From: a virus
Taxonomy: Duplodnaviria > Caudoviricetes
Strand: one strand, 5' to 3'
Virus record (IMG/VR): IMGVR_UViG_3300035676_000013
Coordinates: 1-46,438 of that record
DNA length: 46,438 nt
A model generated the notes under the pieces. It saw nothing but the letters and a program-made list of their open reading frames with translations, ran no database searches and was not told where the DNA came from. This document shows positions 34,930 to 44,078 of this stretch, piece after piece. Position numbers and translations under genes: made by a program. Each line of letters starts with the position of its first letter. Within the stretch, counting starts at the first letter, position 1.

Positions 34930-35570
34930 TGGACACCAAGACATGCAACAGATGTGGAACCACGTATCCCAACACGATAGAATTTTTTGACAAGGCCGGC
35001 TACAAGCGTAACGGAGAACCAAGGTACTCACTGTCCTGCAAGTACTGCAAGAAGGAATACCGTGAAAAGATAAGAGGTTACCACCTCGATCCAGAAGAGG
35101 CAGCAATGAAAGCTGCCATGCTCGATGTGGAAAAGATCAGACCAGAGAAGTGCTCCGGTAACTCGTACACCCTGCAGGAGTTTGGGGTGTGCATTCATAT
35201 CGGTTGCCGTTATCATCTCATTGATATTATTCGGAACAAGAGTCTCAACAAGGCTATGAGTGTGGATCAGATCGTGGACCGGCTCATGGAAATGAAGTAC
35301 ACCTGTCTGTGGGATCTTATGGAAAAAGAAAAAACCCCCTTGAGTCAGGTGGAAATTGCTGCTATTCTCAACGTCACAAATGAAAGAATCAGACAGATCG
35401 AGGAAGAGGCATTGCAGCATATCAGGGAAAATGCGAAAGATCTTGAGGATTACCTGATTGAAGATGTGGACCCTGTGTACCACAAACCACCTCGTGTGAT
35501 AGGTGTGGACAGGATCTCTGATTGGAAGATCAGGAAGGTGTGGCACAACAACGAGTGGGTGGACAAATGA
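34929..35570 (+). CDS. zinc-finger plus sigma70 region 4 DNA-binding protein
   Basis: CNRC..CKYC finger; C..GCRYHL..TC..D; LSQVEIAAILNVTNERIRQIEEEAL HTH. Confidence 0.82.
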   Translation: MDTKTCNRCGTTYPNTIEFFDKAGYKRNGEPRYSLSCKYCKKEYREKIRGYHLDPEEAAMKAAMLDVEKIRPEKCSGNSYTLQEFGVCIHIGCRYHLIDIIRNKSLNKAMSVDQIVDRLMEMKYTCLWDLMEKEKTPLSQVEIAAILNVTNERIRQIEEEALQHIRENAKDLEDYLIEDVDPVYHKPPRVIGVDRISDWKIRKVWHNNEWVDK

Positions 35571-35953
35571 GCCAGATTTTCTTTTTCACCATCACGCACA
35601 AGTTCCCTTCGCTCAATGATGTGATCGGACTTGCCAAGAAGCATTGGGCACAATACTACAGGCTCAAGAAGGCGGAAACGTCCCTGGTTGCAGAGTATGT
35701 GCGGTCCCTGGCAGCAGCAGGTGACTTCCCATGCGACACCATGGATCAGGTGTCAATCGACTTCTTGTTCTTTGAAAAAGCAGGTGGCAGGGTGAGAGAT
35801 TGGGACAACGTCACCTTTGCCAAAAAGTTTATCCTCGATGGGTTGGTTGAGGCAGGTGCTATCCACGATGATTCTCCACGGCACATCCTCAACATCACAG
35901 AGAGGGTGCGGTACAGTGACGAGTATGCTGTCAAGATTGCAATCACAGTTTGA
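35567..35953 (+). CDS. rusA: RusA-like Holliday junction resolvase
   Basis: PSLN, RDWDN, KFILDGLVEAGAIHDDS; ATGA-coupled start 35567. Confidence 0.85.
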   Translation: MSQIFFFTITHKFPSLNDVIGLAKKHWAQYYRLKKAETSLVAEYVRSLAAAGDFPCDTMDQVSIDFLFFEKAGGRVRDWDNVTFAKKFILDGLVEAGAIHDDSPRHILNITERVRYSDEYAVKIAITV

Positions 35954-35968
35954 GAAAGGAGAAGAGAA

Positions 35969-36199
35969 ATGGAATTGGTAAACCTTGCTTACAAGTCTTA
36001 CGTGTTCTCTGATGAAAGGCAACCACTCACGATTCAGAATGTAATCAGCATCGAGAAGTCGAAGAACAACATGCAGGAGATAGTGACCACGGATAAGGGT
36101 GAGACCGTGACTGTGGAACTGCGTGGGCTGAGAGCAACCGTGGTGAAGAAGGCGGAGGAGATCAGCAATGGACCAGAGACCACGACCAGTCCCAATTAA
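35969..36199 (+). CDS. hypothetical protein
   Basis: AAGGAG RBS. Confidence 0.6.
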   Translation: MELVNLAYKSYVFSDERQPLTIQNVISIEKSKNNMQEIVTTDKGETVTVELRGLRATVVKKAEEISNGPETTTSPN

Positions 36200-36210
36200 G
36201 GTGATCGAAA

Positions 36211-36465
36211 ATGGAAATGAAACCATCACGATCTATCGAGATAAACAACCCAACTCGATCAGCAGGAGAAGGAGTAAAGTTAGAAGGAAGCTTGCAGCAG
36301 CAAGCAGAAAGAAAAATAGGCCGGCCTGATTGTCCGTGGCACCTTGAAGGTGTGTGCCGTATAGATCAGGTGACTTGTAAACCGAAGAAGTACAACTGCA
36401 ATAGGATTCTGGACAAGAAGCATATAGACACAAAATACGTTTTCATAGGACCAATGGTCGAGTGA
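36211..36465 (+). CDS. Cys-containing hypothetical protein
   Basis: Operon packing; CPW..C..C..C. Confidence 0.5.
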   Translation: MEMKPSRSIEINNPTRSAGEGVKLEGSLQQQAERKIGRPDCPWHLEGVCRIDQVTCKPKKYNCNRILDKKHIDTKYVFIGPMVE

Positions 36466-36473
36466 GGTGACAC

Positions 36474-36854
36474 ATGAATAAGGTATTTCTGTTGGGCAAC
36501 CTGGGCAAAGATCCAGAAGTGAAGTACATGCAATCAGGCACTGCTGTTGCCACACTGTCCCTGGCAACCACTGAGCGTTACCAGAAGGATGGTGAATGGA
36601 AAGAGTCAGTCGAGTGGCACACTGTTAAGGTGTGGGGCAAGCAGGCTGAGTGGGTTGGTCAAGCCAAGAAGGGCGATGGTCTCTTTGTTGAAGGGTCGAT
36701 CAAGACCGAATCCTGGGACGCATCTGATGGGACCAAGAAGTACAGGACGTACATCAATGCGAAGGGTGAGGTGCGTGTGATACCAAAGGTACAAGGCACT
36801 GCCAAGGATGGGGCAGAGAAAGATAAACCGAAGGATGACAAGATACCGTTTTAA
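36474..36854 (+). CDS. ssb: single-stranded DNA-binding protein
   Basis: MNKVFLLGNLGKDPE, EWHTV, VEGSI, C-terminal DDKIPF. Confidence 0.95.
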   Translation: MNKVFLLGNLGKDPEVKYMQSGTAVATLSLATTERYQKDGEWKESVEWHTVKVWGKQAEWVGQAKKGDGLFVEGSIKTESWDASDGTKKYRTYINAKGEVRVIPKVQGTAKDGAEKDKPKDDKIPF

Positions 36855-36864
36855 GGAGAGGACT

Positions 36865-37374
36865 ATGAAAAAGCTTTTGGCAATTGTGATGTGCTTTGCA
36901 GTGATGATGTGGTTTGCCACACCTGCGTTTTCCGTGGGTGGTGGTGGTGCCGGTGGTGGCGGAGGTGCCGGTGGTGGCGGAGGTTCTGGTGGTCACGGTG
37001 GCAACTCCGGTGGTGACGGTGGACCTGGGCAGGGTGGCGGAAATGGTGGGCACGGAAACAGTGGTGGTGCCGGCAACTCTGACGGTGGTGGTGGTCCTGG
37101 CGGAGGTCACGGTGGTGGACACGGAGGTGGTGGACATGGTGGTGGACACGGAGGTGGTGGATCAGGTGGTTGCGGAAATGGTGGCTCAGGCGGAAACGGT
37201 GGCTCAGGTGGCTCAGGCTCAGGTGGTTCTGGCGGAGCAGGTGGTTCGTCTGGCGGAGCAAGTGGGGCAGGTGTTGGATCTGGTTCAGCTTCTGACGGAT
37301 CAGGTGGAGTCGGCAATACGAGTTCGGTCACTGACTGCACCTGGGTAAAGTGGGTAAAGGGGCAGTGCAAGTAA
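36865..37374 (+). CDS. secreted glycine-rich protein
   Basis: AAGGAG RBS; Sec signal peptide MKKLLAIV...PAFS; poly-Gly body; terminal Cys pair. Confidence 0.75.
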   Translation: MKKLLAIVMCFAVMMWFATPAFSVGGGGAGGGGGAGGGGGSGGHGGNSGGDGGPGQGGGNGGHGNSGGAGNSDGGGGPGGGHGGGHGGGGHGGGHGGGGSGGCGNGGSGGNGGSGGSGSGGSGGAGGSSGGASGAGVGSGSASDGSGGVGNTSSVTDCTWVKWVKGQCK

Positions 37375-37510
37375 TGGACTTCTACAAGGTCTTGGATTTC
37401 CTTTTTGTCTTTGTTCTGCCATTGGTAGTGTTGGTCAAGATCTACTTTGAGCAGAGCAAATGACATGGAGTGTGTCATGCCCTGCAACTATCTGTGGGTG
37501 GTCTTGAGTT

Positions 37511-37702
37511 TTGCCCTTGGCTTATTCACTGGTGTGGGTGTTTGTCTCTGGTGCCGTGGGTAAAATAATAAAAATTGACCGGTGCCCCAGGTGCAATGGC
37601 AAAGGCAAGGTGCGGTTACAGGAGATGAAAGATGCTCGTGTATACACTGTAGCTGCACCTTGTCCTCGTTGTAATGGTAAAGGATTGATAAGGAGAGAGT
37701 GA
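37511..37702 (+). CDS. small DnaJ-type zinc-finger protein (start uncertain)
   Basis: Two CPRCNGKG (CxxCxGxG) motifs. Confidence 0.55.
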   Translation: MPLAYSLVWVFVSGAVGKIIKIDRCPRCNGKGKVRLQEMKDARVYTVAAPCPRCNGKGLIRRE

Positions 37703-37962
37703 TGCCACTGTGTGCCTTGAAGATCGGTGAGCACGTTTGGAAGGTTGTTGGCAGTGAGACCAAGAACGGTGTCATACTGGAATATACTCCAAAGTATAGT
37801 GCTGACGAAGAGAAGGGCGAATGGGTTCCTGACCCTCTGATAGAATGCGTCCTGGCCTTCGTGTACGTGAGGACCAACCAGAATGGGTTGCACGAGTACA
37901 GACTCGTGGACTGCGGAAAGGTGGTGAAGAAAGATGGCAAAGGAATTGAAGAAGAAGCCTGA
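37699..37962 (+). CDS. hypothetical protein
   Basis: AAGGAG RBS, coupled start. Confidence 0.55.
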   Translation: MMPLCALKIGEHVWKVVGSETKNGVILEYTPKYSADEEKGEWVPDPLIECVLAFVYVRTNQNGLHEYRLVDCGKVVKKDGKGIEEEA

Positions 37963-38173
37963 GAAGCCAAAACCAGATAAGAACAAAAAGAACAAGCCAT
38001 TCATTTGCATGGGGTGCAGAGAGCAGTGGTCACATGCTGACATGGTAGGCAATGTGGCCGGCTTCTGCCCTAAGTGCGGTGGTGCCGTGAGATCAAAAGA
38101 ACTTGACGAGCAGATGACTCAGAACAGAGTGAAGAGGACTGTCCTGGCAAGAGGCAAAAAGAAAGAGCTATGA
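37934..38173 (+). CDS. basic zinc-ribbon protein
   Basis: CMGC...CPKCGG. Confidence 0.6.
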   Translation: MAKELKKKPEKPKPDKNKKNKPFICMGCREQWSHADMVGNVAGFCPKCGGAVRSKELDEQMTQNRVKRTVLARGKKKEL

Positions 38174-38388
38174 TCATCTACAACTGTATGCCTGCGTGTG
38201 ATGGGTGCCGGCACAGAATCGGATGGAGCAATAGTGCTGATGCTACCTGTGAGCAGTACCTGAGACCTTCTGCCAAGTGGGGCAAGTTTGGTGGGTGCGA
38301 GGGTGCTACTCATGTGCTGCGTGCCGTGGAAGACACAAGCAAACAACGTGTGGGGCAGCAGAAGCAAAAGAAGAAGGTGAAGAAATGA
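38170..38388 (+). CDS. Cys-rich basic hypothetical protein
   Basis: ATGA coupling; CDGC..C..KW..GC..ATH. Confidence 0.6.
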   Translation: MIIYNCMPACDGCRHRIGWSNSADATCEQYLRPSAKWGKFGGCEGATHVLRAVEDTSKQRVGQQKQKKKVKK

Positions 38389-38796
38389 TGGACATAGACA
38401 AGTTTGTGTGCCTGGGAATAGGCACTGCAATATGGGCCTGCGTGCTGCTGCTGATCGTGGCAATTGTTGGACTGGCAATCAAGGTGACTCAATGCATGTA
38501 ATCAATTTCTGTCTGCAGGAGTGGTTGCTGTTTCTCCTCGTGGTTGGTTTCATCCTATTCATAATGTACCCAAAGAGCAACGGAGGTTTTGATGATGGGT
38601 ACTTCAAAGAGAAGCACAAAGAGAAGTACTGGTGGGAAAAGAAAGACTGACAAAGTTAAGCCGTATGGTCTATACGAGCATGGGTGCCTGCGTGACAAGT
38701 TTAATCGAACACACATGATTGCTTGTGCTATGCACCAGAGGCTTGACCCTGAGTTTTGCCCAACAGAATGTGAGTGGAGGACCGAAAGGATATGAC

Positions 38797-39129
38797 ATGT
38801 ACTGCGGAACCTGCTTTCAACGTGAAACTTGCACAACACTCTGTGATGAAGCTGAAGACTATGTGAACGAGGAATACGTTCCACAAAGGGAAATGGTTGT
38901 GGACCCTCATGTGTTGGAGCAGATCGTGCCGAATGAAAATTGGTTCGATAATATTGCCTCTAATGTTTATCTCACTCACATGGAGAGGCAAATTGTCAGG
39001 TTGTTGGGCCTTGGTTTGACCAGGGCAGATGTTTGCAAAGTACTTGAAAAGAAAGCCAATACTCTTGATAAAGCCATATCGAGATTGAAACGAAAAGCCC
39101 AGGAAATGTCAGGTTCTAGTATTAGGTAG
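38797..39129 (+). CDS. Cys-cluster plus LuxR/sigma-r4-type HTH regulator (late activator candidate)
   Basis: MYCGTC...CTTLC; LTHMERQIVRLL.LGLTRADVCKVL...SRLKRK; last gene before terS. Confidence 0.7.
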   Translation: MYCGTCFQRETCTTLCDEAEDYVNEEYVPQREMVVDPHVLEQIVPNENWFDNIASNVYLTHMERQIVRLLGLGLTRADVCKVLEKKANTLDKAISRLKRKAQEMSGSSIR

Positions 39130-39149
39130 GAAAATATATCGGAGACCTG

Positions 39150-39635
39150 ATGGGCCAAGTAGTTTACTCACCAAAACTTAACGAAGTTGCACGGCAACTC
39201 GCACTCCAGGGAATGACCAATGCAGAAATAACCACCACACTTCAAATATCCAACGGCACATTCTACAATTGGTGCAAAGAATATCCTGACTTCAAGGCAG
39301 CAATTCTTGAGGGTAAGGATATTTATGATTCTGAGGTTGTTGAGAAAGCACTGCTTGAGGATGCGATTGGTAAGGAGTTTGAAGAGGTTACCATTGAGAG
39401 AGATCCAAATGGTGACATGGTGGAGTCCAAGGTTGTTAAGAAGTGGCAGAGGAATTTCCAAGCACAAAGATTCTGGCTTATGAATCGTCATCCTTCTCGA
39501 TGGAAAGACAAGCAGGAGCTAGAGCTTTCGTCTTCTGATCTTGAGAAGAAACTTGCAGAGGCTGAAAAACGATTGCAGGAGTTGAGATCGAAGCATGAGC
39601 AACAGAAAGAAGTGGGAACCACTGATCACACCTGA
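39150..39635 (+). CDS. terS: terminase small subunit
   Basis: G.T..EI..L.IS..TFYNW..YPDF..A..EGK, V.KAL..A.G, FWLMNR.P.RWKDK. Confidence 0.8.
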   Translation: MGQVVYSPKLNEVARQLALQGMTNAEITTTLQISNGTFYNWCKEYPDFKAAILEGKDIYDSEVVEKALLEDAIGKEFEEVTIERDPNGDMVESKVVKKWQRNFQAQRFWLMNRHPSRWKDKQELELSSSDLEKKLAEAEKRLQELRSKHEQQKEVGTTDHT

Positions 39636-39777
39636 TGAAAGCAAGGATGTGCGTAAGTGGTGGTGGAACAAAGAAGAGAAGACAGGCAATGTTTATTGCC
39701 CAGGACACGCACTTGTGAACGATGCCTACCGTGAAGGGTGGGACAGAATCTTTGGGGTGAAAGATGGCAGACACTGA
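39595..39777 (+). CDS. hypothetical protein
   Basis: NDAYREGWDRIFG motif typical of small phage proteins. Confidence 0.55.
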   Translation: MSNRKKWEPLITPDESKDVRKWWWNKEEKTGNVYCPGHALVNDAYREGWDRIFGVKDGRH

Positions 39778-40363
39778 AGGTGCACGAAGGTCGATACGTG
39801 GATTCAGATCGAGTGACAGTTCTGCTCAACCTCTTCGCCTGGACAAATACACCAACACCCTGCAGATCATCGACTATGCTCACCACGAGATCCATGATGG
39901 GTCTCATTTCACATTAGCCGGCAGTGTTTCGATTGGACTCAATGCAGCTTATGACATTCAGATCACCACACCAAACACGACCAAGTGGGCACACTTCCTA
40001 CTTGAGTTCGATGTAACCGACACCACAAACTGGTACGTGTACGAGAATGTGACCATAGCACAAGCAGGCACTGGTCTCACTCCGTGGAACAATGACAGGA
40101 ACAGTGCTACCACTGCAACAGTGGTGACAAAGGGCATTGCGAATGCTTCAGTTGCAGATGCGAATGTAGACACTGCAGTGGCAGGTGCAACCACATTGGA
40201 GAGTGGAGTGGTTGGAGCAAACAAGACAGCAGGCAGTGTGAACAGAGAGAACGAGATCATTCTGAAACAGAACGAGGACTACAGTATAAGGTTTGTGGGC
40301 ACGGCAGCTACGACTGTTCACTATAGGCTGAACTGGTATGAGCACACCAACATCTCAGTGTAA
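39764..40363 (+). CDS. putative beta-rich virion accessory protein
   Basis: HHEIHDG, Thr/Ala-rich, EIILKQNEDYSIRF..L.WYE. Confidence 0.6.
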   Translation: MADTEGARRSIRGFRSSDSSAQPLRLDKYTNTLQIIDYAHHEIHDGSHFTLAGSVSIGLNAAYDIQITTPNTTKWAHFLLEFDVTDTTNWYVYENVTIAQAGTGLTPWNNDRNSATTATVVTKGIANASVADANVDTAVAGATTLESGVVGANKTAGSVNRENEIILKQNEDYSIRFVGTAATTVHYRLNWYEHTNISV

Positions 40364-40652
40364 GAAGTGTGGTCTATGCTGCAAGTATGTGGGCATGATC
40401 ATCGATTGGCCTTGTATCGAGAGTGATCAGGACTGGATGGGATACCACAACTTCCTGATCAAGATATTTCCTGATGGCAAGAGTGCAATGTTGTTCGCAC
40501 CATGCAGGTGCAACATGCTGACTGAGGACAACCTCTGCAGCATCTATGAGGACAGACCTACAAACTGTAGGACATTGCCTGGACCTGGGTTGGAGGAGTT
40601 TCAACCTCCTGGGTGCAGGTTCTTTGAGCCTGTGGTTGATTCGACCACGTAA
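40338..40652 (+). CDS. YkgJ/CxxCxxCC cysteine-cluster (Fe-S or Zn) protein
   Basis: CKKCGLCC...C.ML..NLCSIYEDRP..CR..P. Confidence 0.88.
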   Translation: MSTPTSQCKKCGLCCKYVGMIIDWPCIESDQDWMGYHNFLIKIFPDGKSAMLFAPCRCNMLTEDNLCSIYEDRPTNCRTLPGPGLEEFQPPGCRFFEPVVDSTT

Positions 40653-40680
40653 CCTAAGTTAGAGCTAAGAGGAGGACATT

Positions 40681-40941
40681 ATGGGTGCTGCATCTTTTTC
40701 ATTGACGTTGACTTGCAAGAACTGTGGAAGAGGAAGCATCACGATCACCAATGCGTATGAGGCAACAGGTGGTCTGGCTTCTGGTGTTCGCAACAACAGA
40801 TTCGCAAGGTGCACGATCTGTGGGTATCCTGTAAAGGCGAAGACTGCTTCACTGGTGCTCACGCACACTGGCAATGTGGGGTCCAACACCACGATCACTC
40901 ACACTGTAGCCAACGGAACAATCACAAGTGGAGTGAGTTAA
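40681..40941 (+). CDS. zinc-binding beta-rich small protein
   Basis: GAGGAGG RBS; CKNC and CTIC pairs. Confidence 0.65.
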   Translation: MGAASFSLTLTCKNCGRGSITITNAYEATGGLASGVRNNRFARCTICGYPVKAKTASLVLTHTGNVGSNTTITHTVANGTITSGVS

Positions 40942-41178
40942 TGAGAAAGGCAGTGTGGATAGTCATTGCGGTCAGTGCTGCTGCAGTGATATGTTCACTG
41001 GTCCTGCTCAGTTTCATAGCAAACAATCTATTCAGTGGAGGTGTGAGATGATGGATGCCTATGTTGTACTTGTGTTTCTCGTGGGTGTCGGTGTGACACT
41101 GGCAGTCGAGCATGTCATTTGGCCGAAGCTGAAGGATGTGCTTGGAAGATTCAAGAGCAAAATGAAACCTGGGTTCTG

Positions 41179-42675
41179 ATGCCTGCTGCTGCTCAAAGAA
41201 CAATAGATGCTGAGACCATGATCATGGAGAGGGTTGCTGATTTCTTCAGTGACCCTCTTGGTTATGTTATGTGGGCATTCCCTTGGGGTGAGCCTGGGGC
41301 ACTTGAGAAGTTTGCCGGCCCTGATCAGTGGCAAGCAGAGGTTCTGGACACTGTCCACAAACAACTACTCGACCCTGACCAGAAAGGTGCTATCCAGATC
41401 AACGTGGCATCTGGTCATGGTGTGGGCAAGACCGCACTGATTGCGTGGATCATACTGTGGGCAATGAGCACACGAGCACATCCTCAGATCATCTGCACTG
41501 CCAACACCAAGGAGCAATTGCTCAACAAGACATGGAGAGAGTTGGCTAAGTGGCAGAAGCTTGCACTGAATGGTCACTGGTTTGAATGGTCAGCAACCAA
41601 GTTCAGCAAGAAGAGTGACAAGGATACATGGTTCGCAACAGCAGTTACATGGAGCAAGGAAAGGTCAGAGGCTTTTGCCGGCACCCACGAGAAGCATGTC
41701 ATAATGATATTCGATGAAGGATCTGCCATCGAGGATGTGATCTATGAGGTGGCGGAAGGTGCGATGACAACCCCAGGATCAATGTGGTTTGTGTTCGGCA
41801 ACCCCACTCGTAACGTGGGCAGGTTCAGAGAGATCATGCCTGGGGGCAGGTTCAGCAAGCGATGGTTGCACTACAAGGTAGACTCACGCAAAGCTTTAAT
41901 GACAGACAAGGCAAAGCTGCAGCAGTGGATAGATGACTATGGGTTGGACTCAGACTTTGTCCGTGTTAGGGTATTGGGTGAGTTGCCTCGTGCTAGTTCG
42001 CTTCAGTTCATACCTGTTGACATCGTTGAGCAGGCTATGGACAGAGGACAACTGCACCAAAGAATTTGGAACGACCTGCCACGTATTATCGGTGTGGACG
42101 TTGCCAGATTCGGAGATTCAGAATCGGTCATTGTCAAAAGACAAGGACTGCAGGTAGTCGATATACAGAGGTTCCGTGAGTTGGACCTGATGACCCTGGC
42201 AAGCATAGTGGGCAGAGAGATCAAGGAGTGGGACGCACACGCATGTTTCATCGATGTGACAGGGATCGGAGCAGGTGTGGTGGACAGGCTCAAGCAAATG
42301 AGCTATCCAATCACTGAGATCAACTTTGGCTCACGAGCAGAGAAGGAGAACCTGTACAAGAACAAGCGTGCTGAGATGTGGGCACGCATGAGAGATTGGC
42401 TGAAGGAAGGTGGGACCATGGCTCACGATGACAGGCTCAAGTCCCAACTGATCAGTGTCGAGTACTGCTTTGATGGTGCTGACCGCATCATGCTTGAGAG
42501 GAAGGAAGACCTGATTGACAGAGGCCTGGAGTCACCTGACATTGCAGACGCACTGGCACTTACCTTCGCTGAGAACGTGTACATAGACCAAGAGAAAGGC
42601 TTGCCTCATGCCACCATGCAGGTAAAGCGTGGATTTGATCCACAATATATGCATAACCAAAGGAGGGGCAGATAA
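41179..42675 (+). CDS. terL: terminase large subunit
   Basis: Walker A ASGHGVGKT, Walker B MIFDEGS, GNPTR, nuclease GVDVARFGD and SPDIADAL; start ATG 41179 by TGATG coupling. Confidence 0.95.
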   Translation: MPAAAQRTIDAETMIMERVADFFSDPLGYVMWAFPWGEPGALEKFAGPDQWQAEVLDTVHKQLLDPDQKGAIQINVASGHGVGKTALIAWIILWAMSTRAHPQIICTANTKEQLLNKTWRELAKWQKLALNGHWFEWSATKFSKKSDKDTWFATAVTWSKERSEAFAGTHEKHVIMIFDEGSAIEDVIYEVAEGAMTTPGSMWFVFGNPTRNVGRFREIMPGGRFSKRWLHYKVDSRKALMTDKAKLQQWIDDYGLDSDFVRVRVLGELPRASSLQFIPVDIVEQAMDRGQLHQRIWNDLPRIIGVDVARFGDSESVIVKRQGLQVVDIQRFRELDLMTLASIVGREIKEWDAHACFIDVTGIGAGVVDRLKQMSYPITEINFGSRAEKENLYKNKRAEMWARMRDWLKEGGTMAHDDRLKSQLISVEYCFDGADRIMLERKEDLIDRGLESPDIADALALTFAENVYIDQEKGLPHATMQVKRGFDPQYMHNQRRGR

Positions 42676-43094
42676 TGGCTGCTACTGTTCATGGAAAGTT
42701 TGGGTTGCTCACAGACCTATTGGATCAGGTCACAGACACTGGAAGTGGCAAGTGGGACAAGCTTGAGGGTGTGCTGCAGCTACTTACTGGTCCACTGTGT
42801 CTGTCATACAAGACCTACACTGCTGATGGTGTGGCAGATATGACCAAGACAGTGCACCTGCTTGGCAGTGGTGTTGACATAACAGGTTGCGATCCTGTGT
42901 ATGTTGGTCAGGTGATCCTTATTATATGCACGGACTCGACCAACAATGCCACTGCTGATTGCACCAGTGCTACTTGGGATGGCACAAATGACCTTGCCAC
43001 ATTCCCTGACACTGATGACATGCTGCTGTGTGTTGCCACGAGTGCGACAAGGTGGCACATCCTTATTAACAATACAGGTGTGACCTTCAGTTAA
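42675..43094 (+). CDS. putative virion accessory protein
   Basis: Acidic Thr-rich beta pattern; GQVILI..L.C...W. Confidence 0.55.
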   Translation: MAATVHGKFGLLTDLLDQVTDTGSGKWDKLEGVLQLLTGPLCLSYKTYTADGVADMTKTVHLLGSGVDITGCDPVYVGQVILIICTDSTNNATADCTSATWDGTNDLATFPDTDDMLLCVATSATRWHILINNTGVTFS

Positions 43095-43106
43095 TGGAGG
43101 TGAGTC

Positions 43107-43235
43107 ATGCGAGTTGGCAGATCTATCTATCACTGCCACGGCAAGAACAAGGGCAAGAAGCTACGCACCTATAAGAATGTAGCCACTGCCAAACGTGCAC
43201 ATCGAGCAATCATGTCGAAGAAGAGAGGAAGATAA
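43107..43235 (+). CDS. 42-aa basic protein (not in ORF track)
   Basis: GGAGGTG RBS; MRVGRSIYHCHGKNKGKKLRTYKNVATAKRAHRAIMSKKRGR; TAATG coupling. Confidence 0.6.
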   Translation: MRVGRSIYHCHGKNKGKKLRTYKNVATAKRAHRAIMSKKRGR

Positions 43236-43498
43236 TGCCTTACATTGTTTGCGATCCGCCACTTCCAAGTGAACAGGTTAAGTACTACACCATGGCAGGT
43301 CTGCCTGGGAATCCACGAGGTGAGTTGGACCCAACAGGTGAGTATGGTGTGAAGTACGATGTGACCAACCTTCCGCCTGGGACTTACGAGTTGCAGTGCA
43401 GTGCGTGCAATGACTGGACCTGCTCACTGCCTAGCCCTTTGTCATTCACCGTTCCAGAAAAAGCATCCGTGCCAGGAGACCTCCGGTTGGTCTTCTAA
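43235..43498 (+). CDS. FN3/Ig-like small protein
   Basis: YDVTNLPPGTYELQCSACN..S.PSP FN3-like signature. Confidence 0.65.
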   Translation: MPYIVCDPPLPSEQVKYYTMAGLPGNPRGELDPTGEYGVKYDVTNLPPGTYELQCSACNDWTCSLPSPLSFTVPEKASVPGDLRLVF

Positions 43499-43535
43499 CC
43501 AAGGTTCTGTGGACGGTACTTGACTTGGTGGGGCA

Positions 43536-44063
43536 ATGAGAAAGTTAGACCTGATCGAATACAAGTGGAATGATGGGCAGTGGTCATTCAAGGACTCAGA
43601 GATGCTCTGGTGCTATGACCACATTGTTCTCAGACAGGACACGTTCTACAACACCAGGGATGAGTGGAGAGATGACCCAAGGTGGAATCCAATCATGTAC
43701 TGGAGGAAGTGCAAGACATACGTTGGGTTTGTCGAGGGCACACCAACAGGCATGATCTGGTTGTCTGCTTACAACATTCCAAACAAGTCAGGATTCTTAA
43801 ACTTCACCTATTTCGATCTTGACAACGTGACCATGTACGAGAAGATAGGACTTGCATTGAATGGTATCAGGCAGGTGTTCGACCTTGCCAACATCGATAC
43901 CATGTATGCTGAGACCTCAGTGTGCAGGAAGGCAGCAATCACGATGGCTAAGTACATTGGCTTTCAAGAGTTGGGCACCATACCTCTAGCACACTACCAC
44001 ATTGACGAGGATAAGTTTTACGACACAGTGTTTATGTATCTCAAGCTTGACATGTTACGATAA
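43536..44063 (+). CDS. GNAT-family acetyltransferase
   Basis: GMIWL, MYAETSVCRKAAITMAKYIGFQELGTIP RimJ/L-like C-terminal motif. Confidence 0.75.
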   Translation: MRKLDLIEYKWNDGQWSFKDSEMLWCYDHIVLRQDTFYNTRDEWRDDPRWNPIMYWRKCKTYVGFVEGTPTGMIWLSAYNIPNKSGFLNFTYFDLDNVTMYEKIGLALNGIRQVFDLANIDTMYAETSVCRKAAITMAKYIGFQELGTIPLAHYHIDEDKFYDTVFMYLKLDMLR

Positions 44064-44078
44064 CAAGGAGGACTTGTC

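Noticed and set aside
36754-37487. His-, Pro-, Thr- and Val-rich ORFs in other frames
   Set aside because: Shadows of the poly-Gly gene; only that frame has an RBS and signal peptide.
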